The notes under the pieces are model-generated. The model worked only from the letters and a program-made list of their open reading frames with translations. It was not told where the DNA came from and ran no database searches. The position numbers and the translations under genes were made by a program. This document shows, piece after piece, positions 1 through 7,840 of a stretch of 12,833 bases of DNA. How positions within the stretch are numbered: position 1 is the first letter of the stretch; each line of letters begins with the position of its first letter. The DNA is from Armatimonadota bacterium (lineage in GTDB: Bacteria > Armatimonadota > Hebobacteria > CAIYQO01): positions 1-12,833 of the forward strand of contig JBBRXO010000080.1 in NCBI GenBank assembly GCA_038248345.1, written 5' to 3'.

Positions 1-2901
1 ACGGCAGCGCAGTATTGCGTACTCGCCTTTGCCCGGGTTCAAGGGACAAATTATTATGTGGCTACTCAGGAAGCGCTGGTGACGGTCCTACCCGTGGTTA
101 CCAATCTTGCGCTCACAGCGTCACCGGCAAACACCGCTCCAGCAATGACGCCGATTACGCTTACCGCTACCGCTAATGTCACGGCAGGTTGTACGGCAGA
201 GTACCAATTCAAGGCACTCCAAAACGGCGGCGGCTGGTCCACGCTGCAAGATTTCAGCTCTTCCATGGTCTGCACCTGGACACCCACCGGCGCGCAGAAC
301 TACACCGTCTTCGTCTACGCGCGTGAAGTGGGAAGTACAATTAATTATGCAGTGATGTCGTATATGGCATATGTGGTTAGTGCTGAAGATTCAAAGGCGA
401 CGTTAAAGCTATACGCAGATGACGCCTGTACACAAGAGATCACCTCGAACTCGTCGATTAGCGAGAAGGTTACTGCTGCGCTGGTGTTGAAGGTTAGCCC
501 GGGCATGGTATTGCAATCGCCAGCTGGCACCTTGAATATGCGCATTCGCGAAGAGGATACCCTTCATCACACCACCCTGCCGGAGTTCGATGCTCCAGTC
601 TATTTCACTAATGCGTCACTATGGAAGTATCAGGAACCGGCGGTGTCGAGTAACTGGCTGGACATCCCACCGTCATCAACATATATCGGGCTGGACAAAC
701 AGAACAGCAGCAATGGCATCATTAATTACCGATATACACAACTATGGTATACGACGGGCTATAGCTATTGCTATAACCCTAATAGTAATAATTCCCCCTG
801 GACACCGGTAAGCCAGGGTACATTGTGCGGGCACAACGGGAGCCATACAATTTCCATTGTCGATGCAACCGGCACGGCGCAGCAGTTATCATTTCTACGT
901 AACAACGTAGAGACTACTAGTTGTGGGCCAACAACGTTGACGATGGACGTGAAGAATATTGTCATCACTGGGATATCTTCTTCCAATCCTAACACGGAAA
1001 CTACGCAGGACTTCATCGTCTTCAATCCCAACGGCACTGTTGCAGAACAGAATCCATATGTGACATTCACCTTCACCGATCCGGATAACCCATATAACAC
1101 AGAGGAAAGCAATACAGCAACAACCAATAATGTGAATGCCAATGCTACTTGCTACTACGGATATACTATCTTTATCCGCCCTACCGGGGATACAAGCTGG
1201 AATACCAGTGGTATCTATATGAGTGGCAAAGTAGGTCATCCACGGGAGGTGACGGCATATTGGAATAGTGCATTTGCGCAATCCACTCCAGGGCCATATG
1301 CCTATGACATCGCCGTATTCAAATGTAATACTGCAACTTCTGAAGTTGACAGGATAGAATCATATGGTGGCGAATGTATGAAGATAGGAGAGCATCATGT
1401 TACGTCAGCATATAATGCGCAGAACGGGAAGTATGAGTTATTCTGCGATTACCAGCTTACTGATGTGCATAACGATCCACAGCCCGTGGCCAATGAGATC
1501 AAGTTGACCGTTATGGATAATAATTTTGTGCAACAATCGGTTCTATCCCAACCCGGCAAAACCCCCGGAACAACGGTGTATAATGGTATAAATCCGAACG
1601 ACAATGATTCGACGGTGTTGTATTCATCTGATGTGCCACTTCAGGATTGGCGGGTAGTTATTTCTGGGGAACAGAGCGATATATGTGGAGATATGAGGAG
1701 AGACCATCAGGCATCGCGGTTGATTGCGGAGAATGACCAGTATGCTGGAGGAACTATGTCTATTGGCACTGTATCCACTGTCGCCTGTAATTTACAACCA
1801 TATACTGAGAGACTTGCGGGTTCTATTCCTGTCCCTACTGTAGGATATCTAACAATAAATTCAACTAATGTAAATTTGAGTGTGAAAGTGGTTATTCCCG
1901 GGGCTGCAGAATATGAAGCCATAGGTAAAGCGACGGTAACGGCAGGATGTAATCCTAGGCAGTATTACGTCTATATCTGCAATTTAACAGGCAGTCCAAT
2001 CACCGGATCTACTTCATTGACTACTGAATTCTCACAAACAGGGCAATGGTATAAGGATATTTGGGCTGGTTCGGAATGGCAGGCTAATCTGGATGGTACT
2101 AATAATGCGAGTCCCAACGACCATTTGCGTCTATATACAGAGTATGATCCTTATAACCCAGATTTGGTTGCTCCTCTTAGTAAATATGGTAAATATAAAG
2201 CCATCAAAGAAGGAAATCCTGTGTATGAACATGCGTATACCGATATAGAAAAAGCTTCCGATTATCCACATTATCGAACCAAGGCTAATTGGCAATATGG
2301 CAATTATAAGGGAGAGTCAGAAGGTCACTGTGATGCTTACTCTGCAGCGGCCTTATATGAGAATGAGCCGACTGTGGCGAAGACAGTAAATGGTATTAAA
2401 TTCACCATAGATGATCAAAAAGGTTTGCTTGTGGCAGCATATACTGGTCGAGGAGATGGAATCTATGTAAATAACAAAAAGCCCGCTGATATGTTCAATC
2501 TTTTCTACAAAGACTACTGTGGAGCAAGTATACAGAATAACAGTACCGGATTAGTTTTTAACTCCAATACTGACAATAGTCTTACACCATCCAATCATCC
2601 AATTTACAAGTATGTAACATCGTTGATATATTCTGCAAGTGAAAGTGCAAATCGGGGCAAAGATGTTTACGTAGCATACACAGATATATATTACAAAAGT
2701 AGCATCTGGGCAGTTGGTTATGCAATACAACAGCAGTTGTCATACTGGATAACATTCAATAATAGCGGAGTTGCTACTGATGGTGATTTCTACGACCTAA
2801 CAATAGTTCCAGGATACTTTGCTGAACTATACCGTCCAAATTCAACTGCTACTACTGGATGTGGAAGCCTTTCATTAGCGGAAGTGTGGGGGCTTAACTA
2901 A
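1..2901 (+). CDS. Large secreted/surface protein, 5'-truncated: Y_Y_Y/Ig-like beta-sandwich repeat(s), uncharacterised central beta-rich region, C-terminal transglutaminase-elicitor (GP42)-like papain-fold domain
   Basis: Frame 1 is open from base 1 (TAAQYCVLAFARVQGT...), so the GTG at 58 is probably internal. The N-terminal unit ITLTATA..AEYQF...WSTLQDFSSSMVCTWTPTGAQNYTVFVYARE resembles Y_Y_Y/Ig-like repeats. The C-terminus has ordered motifs WAGSEW, PLSKY, GHCDAYSAAALYENEP, VNGIKFTIDDQKGLL, SNHPIYKY, YWITFNNSGVATDGDF and LSLAEV. Stop TAA at 2899-2901. Confidence 0.75.
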   Translation, partial: TAAQYCVLAFARVQGTNYYVATQEALVTVLPVVTNLALTASPANTAPAMTPITLTATANVTAGCTAEYQFKALQNGGGWSTLQDFSSSMVCTWTPTGAQNYTVFVYAREVGSTINYAVMSYMAYVVSAEDSKATLKLYADDACTQEITSNSSISEKVTAALVLKVSPGMVLQSPAGTLNMRIREEDTLHHTTLPEFDAPVYFTNASLWKYQEPAVSSNWLDIPPSSTYIGLDKQNSSNGIINYRYTQLWYTTGYSYCYNPNSNNSPWTPVSQGTLCGHNGSHTISIVDATGTAQQLSFLRNNVETTSCGPTTLTMDVKNIVITGISSSNPNTETTQDFIVFNPNGTVAEQNPYVTFTFTDPDNPYNTEESNTATTNNVNANATCYYGYTIFIRPTGDTSWNTSGIYMSGKVGHPREVTAYWNSAFAQSTPGPYAYDIAVFKCNTATSEVDRIESYGGECMKIGEHHVTSAYNAQNGKYELFCDYQLTDVHNDPQPVANEIKLTVMDNNFVQQSVLSQPGKTPGTTVYNGINPNDNDSTVLYSSDVPLQDWRVVISGEQSDICGDMRRDHQASRLIAENDQYAGGTMSIGTVSTVACNLQPYTERLAGSIPVPTVGYLTINSTNVNLSVKVVIPGAAEYEAIGKATVTAGCNPRQYYVYICNLTGSPITGSTSLTTEFSQTGQWYKDIWAGSEWQANLDGTNNASPNDHLRLYTEYDPYNPDLVAPLSKYGKYKAIKEGNPVYEHAYTDIEKASDYPHYRTKANWQYGNYKGESEGHCDAYSAAALYENEPTVAKTVNGIKFTIDDQKGLLVAAYTGRGDGIYVNNKKPADMFNLFYKDYCGASIQNNSTGLVFNSNTDNSLTPSNHPIYKYVTSLIYSASESANRGKDVYVAYTDIYYKSSIWAVGYAIQQQLSYWITFNNSGVATDGDFYDLTIVPGYFAELYRPNSTATTGCGSLSLAEVWGLN

Positions 2902-3909
2902 ATGATTGCATTTAAGAAATATAAGAAATGGATTTTCGTTGCTCTTATTGGGGGAGGAACCTACTGTCTTTTCGCGTTTCTATTCGGCACCTATGGTTGT
3001 AACGTATTTCCTGAATATAGTGGTAGCCAATTAGAATCTCAATATACACTGGACATGCCTGTGAATAAGAGTGGTGTACCAGGTACGAATGACCTTCTAA
3101 TAAAATTGTTCGGCAAGGATGCTACTGTGACCTACCATAGAGCTAATTTTAATACAAGTGCTGGAGTAGCATTGACCTCAACAGGAAGCGATGTATTATC
3201 TCTTTATGACGGTTACTCGATAATATTCGAGATTAACTGCCTTAATAGTGATACGTTTACAAATAATAGAATCAAATCAAGCACAGATTTTATGGAAATG
3301 CCATATTGTGGACGCATTATCGAGGATTATTCTCGATATATCATTGTTCCATATTGTGGCAAAGTAATAGTTGTGGAAAATGGGAAAGAAACAAACAGGG
3401 TAGGAAATATAGATACACTTTGGCGATGGGAGAGTGATGGTACAGTATGGTCTCGAGTAGATGAGCATACAATAAAGGTTCTAAAATGGCGTCGAGAGAT
3501 CACAAATTCGCCTGAAAAAATAATATCGCTACCTCAATACATCAACACATCCTCTCCAGAAGTAAGGACTACTGATATGATTTTGCCGTTCCCTATAAAT
3601 AGTTCACACAAACTTCCGTTTGAAACAAATACAATGGTGTATATGGATGGAAAGTTTGTAATACAATACGGATATGACAATCTATCATGGCGGGTTGATA
3701 TTATTAAAAACGGCAGAAAAGTAAAAAGTATGGTACGAATGTGGCCGGTGGCTCAACTCATTAGACCAGACAAGCAGCGTGAAACAGCGCGCGCAACATA
3801 TTTGGTTCATAGGTTTATTGCTTGTTCGCCGTCTCCAGATTTTAAATGTGTATACGTGGATGTCGTGGGTAGTATCGGTACATACCACCTTTGTTTCAAC
3901 GTTGAATAA
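2902..3909 (+). CDS. Hypothetical membrane-anchored or lipoprotein (335 aa), candidate immunity/partner protein of the upstream gene
   Basis: The ATG directly follows the upstream TAA (TAAATG). The N-terminus is basic (KKYKKW) followed by a hydrophobic stretch ending in TYGC (imperfect lipobox, Cys33). It is a long ORF in AT-rich DNA. No family recognised. Confidence 0.7.
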   Translation: MIAFKKYKKWIFVALIGGGTYCLFAFLFGTYGCNVFPEYSGSQLESQYTLDMPVNKSGVPGTNDLLIKLFGKDATVTYHRANFNTSAGVALTSTGSDVLSLYDGYSIIFEINCLNSDTFTNNRIKSSTDFMEMPYCGRIIEDYSRYIIVPYCGKVIVVENGKETNRVGNIDTLWRWESDGTVWSRVDEHTIKVLKWRREITNSPEKIISLPQYINTSSPEVRTTDMILPFPINSSHKLPFETNTMVYMDGKFVIQYGYDNLSWRVDIIKNGRKVKSMVRMWPVAQLIRPDKQRETARATYLVHRFIACSPSPDFKCVYVDVVGSIGTYHLCFNVE

Positions 3910-3958
3910 ATCGTAAGGAAAGAATTACGCTACAAGCGTCGTAGTAGGAGAAAAACCA

Positions 3959-4384
3959 ATGAAAACAATATCAAGTTTATCCGCGTACCTGATATGCGGA
4001 TTGTTAATGTGCAGTATAGCGTTTGCTGCCGCCCTGCCGGTAGACCCCATTGTCGACAAAGATTATGCCGGTTACTTGCTGAAGTTGCCGAAGATGATGG
4101 CACCGAATGCCACCTATTACCAGCTGTTGCCCATAGGTATTGCGCTGGAGCGTACCAATGGCTGGGACGGCGAGTCTGGGATCCAGGTGGATAAATTGCT
4201 GGGGGTATCGACAGAGGCGAAGCGGCAATTTGCGGCGGTGAAGCTGCTGGTGAAGGATGACCTGGCCGGGCTGGAGATGATCTTTAACGGTGGGGAGAAG
4301 CCGGGGGTGCCACCGGGCGAATTCGCCGCGTATCCAACCATCTTTCTCTTTTTCGAGATAGTAGATCAGCGTGGCAATAGGTAA
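3959..4384 (+). CDS. Hypothetical secreted protein, possibly truncated by a premature stop (possible pseudogene)
   Basis: AGGAG Shine-Dalgarno upstream of the ATG and a classic signal peptide (MKTISSLSAYLICGLLMCSIAFA). The same frame continues without a stop after TAA 4382-4384 (GGVYRLKNDAEYLTAELVEIIHAILPG). Confidence 0.6.
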   Translation: MKTISSLSAYLICGLLMCSIAFAAALPVDPIVDKDYAGYLLKLPKMMAPNATYYQLLPIGIALERTNGWDGESGIQVDKLLGVSTEAKRQFAAVKLLVKDDLAGLEMIFNGGEKPGVPPGEFAAYPTIFLFFEIVDQRGNR

Positions 4385-4455
4385 GGTGGTGTATATCGGT
4401 TGAAAAATGACGCCGAATACCTGACCGCTGAACTCGTTGAAATAATCCATGCAAT

Positions 4456-4486
4456 CCTCCCTGGGAGCGCTAATCTCCCAGGGAGG
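4456..4486. repeat. Perfect 12-bp inverted repeat (hairpin) between convergent genes; REP-like element or bidirectional terminator
   Basis: CCTCCCTGGGAG (4456-4467), 7-nt loop CGCTAAT, CTCCCAGGGAGG (4475-4486). No poly-U tail on either strand. Confidence 0.6.
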
Positions 4487-4505
4487 TCCCCAGGAATAAT
4501 CATAT

Positions 4506-4700
4506 CTACTCCCGGATATTATCCAGCGTTAATGCAGGGAACACCCCTTCTATTTCGGCGATATCATAGTCTGGTACAATCTCAATGATACCCCCTACTG
4601 AAATCAGTGAGACGGTCTGTCCTTTTTTGATATGGTGAAGCGCGCTTAATTCACGCGGAATTTCGATCCGATACTGATCGGATACTTTTACGGTACTCAT
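4506..4700 (-). CDS. AbrB/MazE/SpoVT-family DNA-binding protein (VapB/MazE-like antitoxin)
   Basis: MSTVKVSDQYRIEIPRELSALHHIKKGQTVSLISVGGIIEIVP fits the swapped-hairpin AbrB pattern, followed by an acidic tail. Likely start is ATG 4700 with AGGATGGA upstream (alternative 4706). TATAAT lies on the minus strand at 4718-4723. Confidence 0.8.
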   Translation of the reverse strand: MSTVKVSDQYRIEIPRELSALHHIKKGQTVSLISVGGIIEIVPDYDIAEIEGVFPALTLDNIRE

Positions 4701-4763
4701 TTCCATCCTACACAACAATTATACTAGATATTATCTGTTCGCCTTGCACTATCCTGATCAATA

Positions 4764-5495
4764 TCAGAACTGGTACTCCACCCCTACGCCGATGTAATTC
4801 ACCTGACAGAAGTTGTAGACTTTGTCGTTGTCTGCTCCGCCTTCCAGGATGCGATAGGTGGCGCGTAGGGTCATTTCGGGGGAGACGGTGTAACGATAAG
4901 CCAGGGCGATATCCTCGGCGCGGCCCATGGGGGCGGCGAGGGCATCACCATCAAAGGTGAGTTTACTGCGTTCATCCAACTTGTATTCAACGCGGAAGTT
5001 GAGTAGCGGCACCAGGCCGACGTTGCTGCTCTTCGCGCTGGCGCCACCGCCTGCCAGGGATATGGCCGCGTCGCGTACCTTCAGCGTGTAGCCGTAGCCG
5101 TAGGAGAGCTTGCGCTCCGGGTGGGCTACATAGGTGTATGTGAGCCGGTAGCTGTTGAATTTGTAGCTGCCATCGAGCGCTGTCCCCGCCGGGAAGGTGG
5201 CGGTATCGAAATTGATGGCCTGCGTGGAGGTGCCGTGGGCGTGGAACTGCAGCGGCGCATATAGCACCGACCAGGTGATACGCTCGTTGGGCATATAGTT
5301 CACCCGCACGCGCTGGTAGGTAATGTCATTCACCTGCAATTCATCCGGCAGCGAGAACCACGTCCCGCCCACGCCCGGCACGCGGATGGCATTGTGTACA
5401 TTATCCGCCGTGCCGACCTCATAGTCGACCGACCCCGCGGCAAATAATGGAAGGGCAAATATTGCCAAAGTGACGAGAAATAGCATAATCCGCAT
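4764..5495 (-). CDS. Uncharacterised outer-membrane beta-barrel protein
   Basis: AAAGGAG RBS and signal peptide MRIMLFLVTLAIFALPLFA. Alternating amphipathic strands (SYRLTYTY, LLNFRVEY, IALAYRY, LRATYRI) and a C-terminal BAM-type signal (GVGVEYQF, terminal Phe). Confidence 0.75.
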   Translation of the reverse strand: MRIMLFLVTLAIFALPLFAAGSVDYEVGTADNVHNAIRVPGVGGTWFSLPDELQVNDITYQRVRVNYMPNERITWSVLYAPLQFHAHGTSTQAINFDTATFPAGTALDGSYKFNSYRLTYTYVAHPERKLSYGYGYTLKVRDAAISLAGGGASAKSSNVGLVPLLNFRVEYKLDERSKLTFDGDALAAPMGRAEDIALAYRYTVSPEMTLRATYRILEGGADNDKVYNFCQVNYIGVGVEYQF

Positions 5496-5578
5496 AGTTA
5501 ATCTCCTTTGGGGATATTATACCAGATACTTTGCCTGCATTCTGTAATAAAAACTGAACAAGCAGATACGCAAATGAC

Positions 5579-5607
5579 TTGACACAAAAGTTAGTGCGTG
5601 CTAACAT
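5579..5607 (+). promoter_or_regulatory. Sigma70-type promoter for feoB-feoA-dtxR
   Basis: TTGACA (5579-5584), 17-nt spacer, TAACAT (5602-5607), with an extended -10 TG at 5599-5600, about 60 nt upstream of feoB. Confidence 0.7.
5590..5605. promoter_or_regulatory. Putative DtxR/MntR-family operator (GTTAG-N6-CTAAC)
   Basis: Palindrome GTTAGtgcgtgCTAAC lies in the promoter spacer and overlaps the -10. TTAG...CTAA half-sites are typical of DtxR/MntR boxes, and the regulator is encoded in the same operon. Confidence 0.6.
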
Positions 5608-5668
5608 CGGGGTATAGTATATACGTACATTGTGGTTTATGGTCTACTAATCTAGTCAGAGGTGTTAT

Positions 5669-7840
5669 TTGAGCGCAATAATTGAGAAAAACAGAAATAA
5701 ATCTTGTCATCAGGAGATATCTGAAAAGAGCGGACATCCGGTACTAGCAGTGGTAGGTAATCCTAATGTGGGCAAGAGCGTACTCTTCAATCGATTGACA
5801 GGCATGTATGCCACAGTGTCCAACTACCCGGGCACCACGGTGGAGGTTACTCGCGGGCGGTTGCAACTGGGTGATAGTGAGATAGAGGTTGTCGATACTC
5901 CGGGCATGTATTCACTTTTTCCCATCACGGAAGAAGAGGCGGTAGCGCGACGGTTGCTGTTGGAGGAGAAACCCCGGCAGGTGTTGCAAGTGGTGGATGC
6001 CAAGAACTTACCGCGCATGTTGCCGCTGACACTGCAGCTACTGGAGGCGGGGCTGCCCGTTACGCTGGCGCTCAACATGATGGATGAGTCAGCGGATCTG
6101 GGGTTCAGTTTCGACATCGAGTTGCTCTCCGAGCTGTTGGGGATACCGGTGACGGGGACGATTGGAGCTACGAATAAGGGTGTACCGGAGTTGCGTGAGA
6201 TTCTGGAGGAGCGGATGGCGATGGAGCCGGTGGCCGATTGTACACCACTCCTCTGCGCGGGCAATTGCTCGCACGCCTGCAGTATGGCGATGCCGATGTG
6301 CCACACCGGTACGGCCGCCTTCAAATATCATCCAATAATTGAGCAGGCGATCACCGATATCAGCAAGGTAATCGGCGCTAACACGGAACTTTCCGCGCGC
6401 GCAATTGCGGTATTGCTGCTCTTCGAGGATGCGGAGATTCTATCCTTAATCAACGAGGAATCTCCTGAATTTGGAGAGCAGATACTCCAGATTGTGGCAG
6501 CGACTAAAGCCCAATTCGATCAACCGCTGAACGTCGCTATCACCATGGATCGGCAGGCTACCGTGAACCAACTGGTGCAGCAGGTGATGCAAGCGCCAGC
6601 GACGCGTGGGAAGGCAAAGCTGGAATGGCTCTCGCGACTGCTCCTCAATCCCTGGTCCGGGTTGCCGATATTGGCGCTGGTACTCTACTTCGCCATTTAC
6701 AAATTCGTCGGGGTATTCGGCGCGGGTTTTCTGGTAGATCTGCTGCAGAATAAGCTCTTTGGCGGTTGGATCAACCCGTTCGCCACAAAGATAATCGAGC
6801 AGATAATGCCACCCCTTTGGTCGAATCTCTTCGTTGGCGATTATGGCGTTATCACGCTGGGCATCACCTACGCTTTCGCTATCATTCTACCGATTGTGAC
6901 ACTGTTTTTCTTCGCCTTCGCCATATTGGAGGACAGTGGCTACCTGCCGCGGCTGGCGATGCTGATCGACCGATTGTGTAAGACCATCGGTTTGAATGGC
7001 CGCGCCATCATCCCGCTCATCCTCGGCTTCGGGTGCTCCACCATGGCGACAATGGTCACCCGCGTGCTGGAGACTAAGCGCGAGCGCGTCATCGCCACGT
7101 TGCTGCTGGCGTTGGCCATCCCCTGTGCGGCACAGAGCGGCGTTTTCCTCTCTATGGTCTCGGCCATCGGCCTGCCCGGGCTGGCGATTTACATTAGTAT
7201 ACTGCTGATGATCTTCCTCGTTGTCGGCTTGCTGGCGACGCAGGTTATCCCCGGCAAGCCGGCGCATTTCTACATGGAGATCCCCCCGCTGCGTTTGCCA
7301 AGGTTGGCAAATGTGCTCGCAAAAACCTATAGCAGGATGGAATGGTACTTCAAAGAGGTGCTGCCGATGTTCATCCTGGCCAGCGTGCTTCTCTGGGTTG
7401 GCTCATTAGCCTGGACGGGCAACGCCATCGTCTTCAGCCCGCACCATGGACTGTTCGGCCTGCTGGAACGGTTGCTTGATCCGCTAGGCGCGCTCATTGG
7501 GTTGCCCACCTCGGCGGATGTGGCGCTCAATCCGGCGCTGCGCTTCACTGGCGGCACCATCTTACTGGCCGGGTTCTTCCGGCGCGACTTCGGGGCCGCC
7601 GGGCTGTGGTACCTTTTCCAGGCCGGGTTGCTCTCGCCCACGCAGGTGCTGGTAGCAGCCGTCACCTTCACGCTCTTTTTGCCCTGCATCGCGCAATTTA
7701 TGATGATGAAACGGGAACGCGGGTTGTGGATGACACTCTCCATGACGCTCTTCGTGATGACAGTTGCCTTCGGCGTTGGCTTCCTGCTACGCATGGGCCT
7801 GTTACATTTCGGCGGGAATATCCATTTTCTCGCACATTAA
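5669..7840 (+). CDS. feoB: Ferrous iron transport protein B (GTPase plus membrane domain)
   Basis: G1 GNPNVGKS, G2 NYPGTTVE, G3 DTPGMYS, G4 NMMDE. Membrane motifs LEDSGYLPRLA, PLILGFGC, IPC and FYMEIPPLRLP. TTG start with GAGGTG RBS. Confidence 0.96.
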   Translation: MSAIIEKNRNKSCHQEISEKSGHPVLAVVGNPNVGKSVLFNRLTGMYATVSNYPGTTVEVTRGRLQLGDSEIEVVDTPGMYSLFPITEEEAVARRLLLEEKPRQVLQVVDAKNLPRMLPLTLQLLEAGLPVTLALNMMDESADLGFSFDIELLSELLGIPVTGTIGATNKGVPELREILEERMAMEPVADCTPLLCAGNCSHACSMAMPMCHTGTAAFKYHPIIEQAITDISKVIGANTELSARAIAVLLLFEDAEILSLINEESPEFGEQILQIVAATKAQFDQPLNVAITMDRQATVNQLVQQVMQAPATRGKAKLEWLSRLLLNPWSGLPILALVLYFAIYKFVGVFGAGFLVDLLQNKLFGGWINPFATKIIEQIMPPLWSNLFVGDYGVITLGITYAFAIILPIVTLFFFAFAILEDSGYLPRLAMLIDRLCKTIGLNGRAIIPLILGFGCSTMATMVTRVLETKRERVIATLLLALAIPCAAQSGVFLSMVSAIGLPGLAIYISILLMIFLVVGLLATQVIPGKPAHFYMEIPPLRLPRLANVLAKTYSRMEWYFKEVLPMFILASVLLWVGSLAWTGNAIVFSPHHGLFGLLERLLDPLGALIGLPTSADVALNPALRFTGGTILLAGFFRRDFGAAGLWYLFQAGLLSPTQVLVAAVTFTLFLPCIAQFMMMKRERGLWMTLSMTLFVMTVAFGVGFLLRMGLLHFGGNIHFLAH

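Noticed and set aside
1..2901. RHS/YD, CDI or RTX toxin assignment
   Set aside because: No YD repeats, DPxG cleavage motif, VENN motif, haemagglutinin repeats or GGxGxD repeats are visible in the part within the window.
4004..4450. 148-aa minus-strand ORF as the missing toxin downstream of the antitoxin
   Set aside because: It has no PIN, MazF or RelE motifs and is antisense to a gene with a clear RBS and signal peptide.
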